Shown here in pieces: positions 58,537 to 64,000 of a stretch of DNA of 64,000 nt. Each line of letters starts with the position of its first letter. Positions within the stretch are counted from its first letter, which is position 1. A program made the position numbers and the translations under genes. This stretch comes from Terriglobales bacterium (GTDB lineage: Bacteria > Acidobacteriota > Terriglobia > Terriglobales > Acidobacteriaceae). Location of the stretch: assembly GCA_035622175.1 (NCBI GenBank), contig DASPVV010000005.1, positions 18,509 to 82,508 of the forward strand, given 5' to 3'. Under the pieces are notes generated by a model. The model made no database searches and was not told the DNA's origin. It was given only the letters and a program-made list of their open reading frames with translations.

Positions 58537-60126
58537 GTGCCCGGGAATCTGAGACACTCGTCTGTGAAGACACAATCCATCGTTATCCTCGATTTCGGAG
58601 CGCAATACTCTCAACTCATCGCGCGCCGCATCCGAGAGCAAAACGTCTATTCGGTGGTGCTGCCCTGCACTGCCAGCCTCGATGAGATTCGTAGCCACTC
58701 TCCGGGGGGAATTGTTCTTTCCGGAGGTCCTGCCTCTGTCTACGATCGGGATGCGCCCGGTGCCGATCGGGCGCTGTTCGATCTCGGTGTCCCCGTGCTC
58801 GGCATCTGTTACGGGCTGCAGTGGATGGTCCATGCGCTCGGCGGCAGCGTGCGGGCCGCGGCGAAGCGCGAATATGGCCATGCCAGCGTGGAAATCATCG
58901 ATGGAGCGGGATTGTTTCGCTCCTTGCCGCGACAACTCAACGTGTGGATGTCGCACGGTGATGAGGCCGTGGCTTTGCCCCCCGGCTTCCATTTGACCGC
59001 CCGTTCGCCGAGCGCAACCGCGGCGATCGCGAACCCCGAGCGCAAACTGTGGGCTGTACAATTCCACCCCGAGGTCCGCCAGACCGAGCACGGCAGCGCG
59101 ATCCTGCGCAACTTCGCGATGGACCTCTGCTCCGCCACGCCCGATTGGACCGCGCAACACTTTATTGATGCGACCATCGCCGAGGTGCGTGACAGGGTGG
59201 CCAATGGCCGTGCCATTTGCGCGCTCTCCGGCGGGGTCGACTCTGCCGTGGCTGCCACCCTGGTCGATCGTGCTCTTCGCGACGGAAACGGCCGCACGCG
59301 ACTTACTTCCATCTTCGTAAACAACGGGGTTCTGCGCAAAGACGAATTCCGAAAGGTTCAACACACCCTGCGCGACAAGCTGGGATTGCAGGTCGACGCG
59401 GTGGAGGCGAGCGAGCGCTTCTTGAGCAAGTTGGCCGGTGTGACCGATCCGGAGACGAAGCGCAAGACAATCGGAGGCGAATTCATCACCGTATTCGAGG
59501 AAGAGGCGCGCCGGCTGGAGAAGACGGAAGGCAAGGTCGAATGGTTGGTCCAGGGCACGCTTTATCCCGACGTGATCGAATCCCGTTCCGTGCAGGGGCC
59601 CTCCCATGTGATCAAGTCACACCACAACGTGGGCGGGTTGCCGGAGAAGATGAAGCTCGAGCTCATCGAACCGCTGAAGGAGTTATTTAAGGATGAGGTC
59701 CGCAGAATCGGTCGTGATTTGGGAGTGCCGGAAGAAATCCTGCAGCGACAGCCATTTCCCGGTCCCGGCCTCGCTGTCCGGATTTTGGGCGAAGTGACCC
59801 GCGAGCGCCTGGAGATTCTTCGCGAGTGCGATGAGATCGTTGTCGGAGAGATCAAGCAGGCCAGCCTGTACACGAAGATCTGGCAATCTTTTGCCGTGCT
59901 CTTGCCGGTGATGTCGGTGGGAGTGATGGGTGACCAGCGGACCTATGCGTATACCTGCGCCATCCGTGCGGTTCACTCCGAAGACGGCATGACGGCCGAC
60001 TGGGTGCCGCTGCCGCATGGGTTGCTGAAAACCATCTCCAACCGAATCGTCAACGAAGTCAAAGGCGTGAACCGCGTGGTGTATGACATCACCTCGAAGC
60101 CGCCCGGCACGATTGAGTGGGAATAG
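58537..60126 (+). CDS. guaA: GMP synthase (glutamine-hydrolysing)
   Basis: [28 protein letters not shown] (GATase Cys), FHPE; SGGVDS (PP-loop); C-terminal GTIEWE. The start is GTG 58537 or GTG 58564. Confidence 0.96.
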   Translation: MPGNLRHSSVKTQSIVILDFGAQYSQLIARRIREQNVYSVVLPCTASLDEIRSHSPGGIVLSGGPASVYDRDAPGADRALFDLGVPVLGICYGLQWMVHALGGSVRAAAKREYGHASVEIIDGAGLFRSLPRQLNVWMSHGDEAVALPPGFHLTARSPSATAAIANPERKLWAVQFHPEVRQTEHGSAILRNFAMDLCSATPDWTAQHFIDATIAEVRDRVANGRAICALSGGVDSAVAATLVDRALRDGNGRTRLTSIFVNNGVLRKDEFRKVQHTLRDKLGLQVDAVEASERFLSKLAGVTDPETKRKTIGGEFITVFEEEARRLEKTEGKVEWLVQGTLYPDVIESRSVQGPSHVIKSHHNVGGLPEKMKLELIEPLKELFKDEVRRIGRDLGVPEEILQRQPFPGPGLAVRILGEVTRERLEILRECDEIVVGEIKQASLYTKIWQSFAVLLPVMSVGVMGDQRTYAYTCAIRAVHSEDGMTADWVPLPHGLLKTISNRIVNEVKGVNRVVYDITSKPPGTIEWE

Positions 60127-60214
60127 GCAAAACTCGCGTAGGGAGGGACGCCCGCCCTCGGAATCACCTACCCAGGGCATCTCCCCCAACCTGTTGGCGC
60201 GACCCCTGCGATGG

Positions 60215-61222
60215 CTACACGCCGGCCATGGCCGGCTCGACCTCATAGATCGGGAACCAGGGTGCCGCAGCCTTCAGCCGTTCGTTCACATTCTTGATGT
60301 TCTTCACGCCTTCGCCCTCGAGCCACTTGCGGAAGGCATCGGGGCCTTGCTTAGCGTAAACCGGAATGCCCTCCTTCCACGTGGCACGGCCGCAAAGCAC
60401 GCCATTGAACTTCACGCCCGCTTCGGCGGCGAGTTCGAGCGATTCGGTGAACTCGGCATTGCCAACCCCGGCAGACAAATAAATGAACGGTTTGGTGGCG
60501 ACGCCGGCTGCGTGCCGGAATAAATCGAGCGCTTCCTTGTGGCTGTAAGCCTTTTGCCCCGCGCAAGACTTGGTGCCTTCGACGAACTTCATGTTGACCG
60601 GCACTTCGACTTTGAGAACGTCCACGCCGTAGCGATCCCGGCTGAACTCCTTCATGCTTGCCGTAACAATTTCCGGCTTCTTCTTGGCGTAGTCAAAACC
60701 CTTCTCGTCCGCGGCCTCTTCGTAGCCGACAAACTCGAGGAAGAAAGGAATATCGTTGGCGCGGCATTCATCACCGATGCGCTCCACCCAGGCATGCTTG
60801 GTGTCGTTGATGTTTTTGGGATCGAACGGAGTGTAGTAGAGCAGAATCTTCACACAATCGGCGCCTGCTTCTTTCAAGCGGCGCACCGACCAGAGATCGA
60901 GCAGATCGGGAAGGCGGCCGGGACCCGTCTTGTCGTAGCCCGTCTTCTCGTAAGCCAGGAGCAAGCCCGCGTTCTTGGCGCGTCGCTTGGAAGCGGGCAG
61001 ACCCCACTCCGGGTCGAGCAGAATTGCGCTGGCATGGGGAGTAAGAACCTGGGTGACGAGCGACTTGAATTCCTCCATCATGGAGTCGGTGACGGTGCCG
61101 CCCTTTTCCTTGGCCAGCGACTTTTGCAGCGAGCCGCGCTGGTCCATCGCGGCCGCCGCGATGACACCGCGATCGGTCGATACCCTTCGCAGCCCCGCGA
61201 GTTTTCCAGGCGTAAGTCTCAT
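60215..61222 (-). CDS. Class I tagatose-1,6-bisphosphate aldolase family (LacD / YihT-like)
   Basis: MRLTPGKLAGLRRVSTDRGVIAAAAMDQRGSL...DCVKILLYYTP...VLKVEVP. ATG 61222 is preceded by GGAGGGTGG. Confidence 0.8.
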   Translation of the reverse strand: MRLTPGKLAGLRRVSTDRGVIAAAAMDQRGSLQKSLAKEKGGTVTDSMMEEFKSLVTQVLTPHASAILLDPEWGLPASKRRAKNAGLLLAYEKTGYDKTGPGRLPDLLDLWSVRRLKEAGADCVKILLYYTPFDPKNINDTKHAWVERIGDECRANDIPFFLEFVGYEEAADEKGFDYAKKKPEIVTASMKEFSRDRYGVDVLKVEVPVNMKFVEGTKSCAGQKAYSHKEALDLFRHAAGVATKPFIYLSAGVGNAEFTESLELAAEAGVKFNGVLCGRATWKEGIPVYAKQGPDAFRKWLEGEGVKNIKNVNERLKAAAPWFPIYEVEPAMAGV

Positions 61223-61344
61223 AAACCACCCTCCTAGCAATGGAGCGTGAACCCAAAGTCCATTGCAACGCGCGTGCGTGTCTCATTGTAATATGTTTCC
61301 GCCGCGGAGACGATGCGGGGCAAGAACCCGCGCTTCCACCCGAG

Positions 61345-62082
61345 CTACTGTCGCAGGGTTAATACTCCTAAGATCGCTTGCTGCTTGGCGATCAACGCCT
61401 GCACTCCATCGCGCGCCGTGGCCAGCATCTTTTCCAGTTGTTGCTCGTCGAAGACCTGGCGCTCGGCTGTGGCCTGGACCTCCACCAATTTGCGGCCCGC
61501 GGTCATCACGAAATTCAGATCCACATCCGCCCGTGAATCCTCCTCGTAGGAAAGGTCAAGCAGAATCTCACCGTCCACCATGCCTACACTCACTGCGGCG
61601 ATAAAATCTCGCAGAGGTACAGTGCTCAGGGTCCCCGCCGCCACTAATTTTTCAAGCGCCAATCCCAAAGCAACGAAGCCTCCGGTGATCGCCGCGGTGC
61701 GCGTTCCTCCATCGGCCTGGATGGCGTCACAATCGATCCACACCGTGCGCTCGCCCAGGTGCTCCAGGTCCGTGACCGCCCTGAGCGCGCGTCCAATCAG
61801 GCGTTGGATCTCGTGCGTGCGCCCGCTCGGGCGACCTTTGCTAACCTCGCGCGGGGTGCGGGTCAGAGTCGACCGGGGGAGCATGCTGTACTCCGCCGTA
61901 ATCCAGCCCTTGCCGGTGTTGCGCATGAACTGAGGCACGGTGTCTTCAAGCGAAGCCGTGCAAATCACGCGCGTGTTCCCGAGTTCGATCAGCACCGAAC
62001 CCTCGGCTGTGCTGATGAAGTCCGGGACGATATTGACCGGCCGCATCTGCTCGGGAGCGCGATTATCTGAGCGATAAGGCAT
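61345..62082 (-). CDS. rph: Ribonuclease PH
   Basis: [13 protein letters not shown]...[19 protein letters not shown]...[16 protein letters not shown]...[19 protein letters not shown]...[23 protein letters not shown]. Start set at ATG 62082. Confidence 0.95.
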   Translation of the reverse strand: MPYRSDNRAPEQMRPVNIVPDFISTAEGSVLIELGNTRVICTASLEDTVPQFMRNTGKGWITAEYSMLPRSTLTRTPREVSKGRPSGRTHEIQRLIGRALRAVTDLEHLGERTVWIDCDAIQADGGTRTAAITGGFVALGLALEKLVAAGTLSTVPLRDFIAAVSVGMVDGEILLDLSYEEDSRADVDLNFVMTAGRKLVEVQATAERQVFDEQQLEKMLATARDGVQALIAKQQAILGVLTLRQ

Positions 62083-62372
62083 GGGCACTCGTTGCCACAC
62101 TCGGTCGGAGCCGGGGAGAGTCCTCCTGCGCAGGCCGGTGCTAGGTGGTCCTAGCCAGCATCTGGCCGCCGGCTGCCCCGTGAGGAGCATACATCGCAGG
62201 CGAACGAAAGACTATCCAGGCTTGGCCGACTGGCCCTTGCGGCACAGCATGCTAAGGGTAGCTGGTCGCACGGAAGCCGCCATTGTATATCCTCTCCCCG
62301 AAGGGGTTAGGTTGCAGGGCAGTTTTCGGTAAAACCACTCGAAATGCGCCAGAAAATAATATTTTTCTTTAG

Positions 62373-62402
62373 TAGTATCTTTAGATATACTTAAAGATAG
62401 TA
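62373..62402. promoter_or_regulatory. A/T-rich imperfect palindrome; candidate PadR operator
   Basis: TAGTATCTTTA-N8-TAAAGATAGTA: 11-bp arms with one central-arm mismatch. It lies 27 nt upstream of the padR ATG, inside the only strongly A/T-rich stretch of this intergenic region. Confidence 0.35.
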
Positions 62403-62428
62403 TTTAAGCTATATCGTGGAGGAAGACG

Positions 62429-63004
62429 ATGTATCGTGGATGTTCAAGTTGGTGGTCGGCGCAGAGTTGGGCTCCCCTCGGAGCTGCATTTTTCCCATGG
62501 ATCGGTGGTCGCTGGGGTCGCTGGAGTCGGTTCTTCGGTCCGGGTGAGGTTCGACTTGCGTTACTCTCCCTTCTCGAGCAGGGTCCGAAGCACGGTTACG
62601 AGCTGATGAAGGACCTCGAAGCGCGCTCCGGGGGGATCTATCGAGCCAGCGCGGGAGCGATCTATCCCGCTCTCCAGCAGCTCGAAGATGAGGGGTTGGT
62701 GACCTCGGAGCAAAGCGACGGCAAACGCACCTATCGTTTGACGGAAGCTGGCAAGCAGGAACTCGAGCGCGAGGCGGAGGCGGTCCGGCGGATCTGGCAG
62801 CGCGCGGAACAATGGGAAGGCTGGGGACCATGGATCGGGCCGGAAGCCGCAGAAGTGGCGCGGCCGGCAGCGGAGCTGCTGAAGGCTGCGCTGCGCGCTG
62901 TCACCCGCGGATCTCACGATTCCGCTCGTATCGCAAGAATCCGGGAGATCTTGGAGCGCGCCCGCGGGGAACTTGAAAGTTTGGATAACCCAAAGTCGGC
63001 GTAA
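62429..63004 (+). CDS. PadR family transcriptional regulator
   Basis: LALLSLLEQGPKHGYELMKDLEARSGGIYRASAGAIYPALQQLEDEGLVTSEQSDGKRTYRLTEAGKQEL is a winged-helix PadR signature. SD: GGAGGAAGACG. Confidence 0.88.
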   Translation: MYRGCSSWWSAQSWAPLGAAFFPWIGGRWGRWSRFFGPGEVRLALLSLLEQGPKHGYELMKDLEARSGGIYRASAGAIYPALQQLEDEGLVTSEQSDGKRTYRLTEAGKQELEREAEAVRRIWQRAEQWEGWGPWIGPEAAEVARPAAELLKAALRAVTRGSHDSARIARIREILERARGELESLDNPKSA

Positions 63005-63011
63005 CCGAGCC

Positions 63012-63611
63012 TCAGGGTTCCGTTGCTAACTGGGTTACGAGCTGGTCTACGCGAGACACGTCGTAGAAGGAAGTCAGATCAACATGGCCGGCAAGGGTGT
63101 CGCGTTCCTTCCCGTCAACCAAAACCTTGACCCGGGTAACGGCGGGGATGTTGGCGGAGAGAGTCGCAAGCAGTGAGGCAAGGGTGAGTTCTTCGACCAG
63201 GACTCCGGAGCGGTGGCCGTTCGCAAAGGCGGCGTTGAGATCAATCACGGCCAGCCCAGGATCGGCCAGATAAACCCCCCGAATCTCCGATCCTGTTCCT
63301 AGGACGTGAGGGGAAGATTTGCCAAGGTAGATATCGACGAGAGCTCGCAAGAGTTCCTGCGCACGTTCCTGACGGCCACTCGGCAGTGGAATGCGCGCCG
63401 CCTGCGGGAGCAACCTGCCACCCTCGTCGTTAGCAACGTAGAGCGTGACTTGCTCGCTCGGACCGGCAGCGGGGGGAGCCACGGGCTGACTGTTCGTGGC
63501 GCTAGCTTCGGTTCGTTCCACTCGCCCGCGTATTCTCCAAGCATACACGCCCATTCCCAAAGTCGTGGCCAACAGCACAACGACCGCAATGAGCAGGTGG
63601 CGGGGAATCAT
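63012..63611 (-). CDS. GerMN domain-containing protein (membrane-anchored)
   Basis: N-terminal anchor LLIAVVVLLATTLGMGVYAW. VTLYVANDEGGRLLPQAARIPLPSGRQERAQELLRALVD...GLAVIDLNAAF is GerM-like. 4-nt overlap with the upstream amidase gene. Confidence 0.7.
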   Translation of the reverse strand: MIPRHLLIAVVVLLATTLGMGVYAWRIRGRVERTEASATNSQPVAPPAAGPSEQVTLYVANDEGGRLLPQAARIPLPSGRQERAQELLRALVDIYLGKSSPHVLGTGSEIRGVYLADPGLAVIDLNAAFANGHRSGVLVEELTLASLLATLSANIPAVTRVKVLVDGKERDTLAGHVDLTSFYDVSRVDQLVTQLATEP

Positions 63612-64000
63612 TTGCGTTGAGCCTCCAGCTTCTCGCGTAGGTCGGCGACTCCAGAAGCCACCGCCTCTGCGAGTCCTTGCTGATATTCCGGAGAACTGAG
63701 TTGGGAAACGTCCTCGTTGTTCGGGCCAACCTCGATGGCCAGGGCGGCGGTCACAACATTGTTCAGGGGGCGCAGAGGCGCGATCAGAGTGTGCACCAGA
63801 ACCTGTTGATTCGCGAGTTCCCCCGCCACACTGGCCGCGGCCATTTGGCTGAGCTCTTCAAAGGAACTCTGCGCCGTCTCCCAATCGAGGAACCAACCTT
63901 GGTTTTCACCCCCACTCGGCAACAAGGCGGTGTAGAGGCGTACGCCTTTGCCCTCCGAGGTGGCATGAAGCACGATATAGATGGCCGCCCCGGAGGCATT
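63608..64000 (-). CDS. N-acetylmuramoyl-L-alanine amidase (Amidase_3-like), C-terminal part; the gene runs off the right edge
   Basis: The frame stays open to position 64000: NASGAAIYIVLHATSEGKGVRLYTA...LRPLNNVVTAALAIEVGPNN...YQQGLAEAVASGV. An amidase followed by GerMN is a common gene pair. Confidence 0.55.
   Translation of the reverse strand, partial: NASGAAIYIVLHATSEGKGVRLYTALLPSGGENQGWFLDWETAQSSFEELSQMAAASVAGELANQQVLVHTLIAPLRPLNNVVTAALAIEVGPNNEDVSQLSSPEYQQGLAEAVASGVADLREKLEAQRK

Noticed and set aside
62373-62402. Possible dif (XerC/D) site, considered because of the palindromic A/T-rich 11-N8-11 structure and the xerD-xerC genes in the window
   Set aside because: The central spacer is 8 nt rather than 6. 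The arms lack the conserved TTATGT/ATAA core of known dif sites. The position immediately upstream of padR fits an operator better.

Overview
High-GC bacterial chromosome segment. The gene content (fused MFS/spermidine-synthase proteins, TPR-bearing GT-C membrane proteins, M16 peptidase pairs, type IV pilus genes) suggests an Acidobacteriota-like diderm, but that is inference only. All family calls come from reading motifs in the translations; no homology search was run. About 50 genes can be supported.

Layout:
- Left edge: type IV pilus assembly genes (pilC, then a partial pilB), lolA, and an ABC-2 exporter operon.
- About 7.4-32 kb: a large envelope-glycan region, described below.
- About 32-64 kb: mostly housekeeping. 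It holds an M16 peptidase pair, a stand-alone LigD polymerase domain plus DUF72, tandem xerD-xerC, a tri-domain acyl-AMP ligase-ACP-PlsC protein, secA, a DAHP synthase, adh, pal, nfo, leuS, guaA, rph, padR, gerM and an amidase.

The glycan region contains:
- A CDP-3,6-dideoxyhexose pathway (rfbF/G/H plus an SDR).
- A SAF-less NeuB-like synthase coupled to a KdsC-type phosphatase.
- A GtrB-like GT2, GtrA and YfhO triad.
- A self-contained type IV pilin gene flanked by two PMT/TMTC-like GT-C/TPR proteins and an unclassifiable 510-aa polytopic protein.
- A PAP2_3 membrane protein, a radical SAM enzyme and a fused MFS/spermidine synthase.

Most interesting candidate: the pilin-centred cluster of lipid-linked-sugar glycosylation components (13.8-26.8 kb). 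It looks like an undescribed periplasmic protein or pilin glycosylation system.

Other oddities:
- An SDR gene with no canonical start codon, in frame with rfbH across a single TAG.
- An orphan Arg/Cys/His/Trp-rich ORF that overlaps both neighbours.
- A decayed A/T-richer remnant next to the pilin gene.
- A 716-bp gap I cannot annotate.

No rRNA, tRNA, CRISPR array or intact mobile element was seen.
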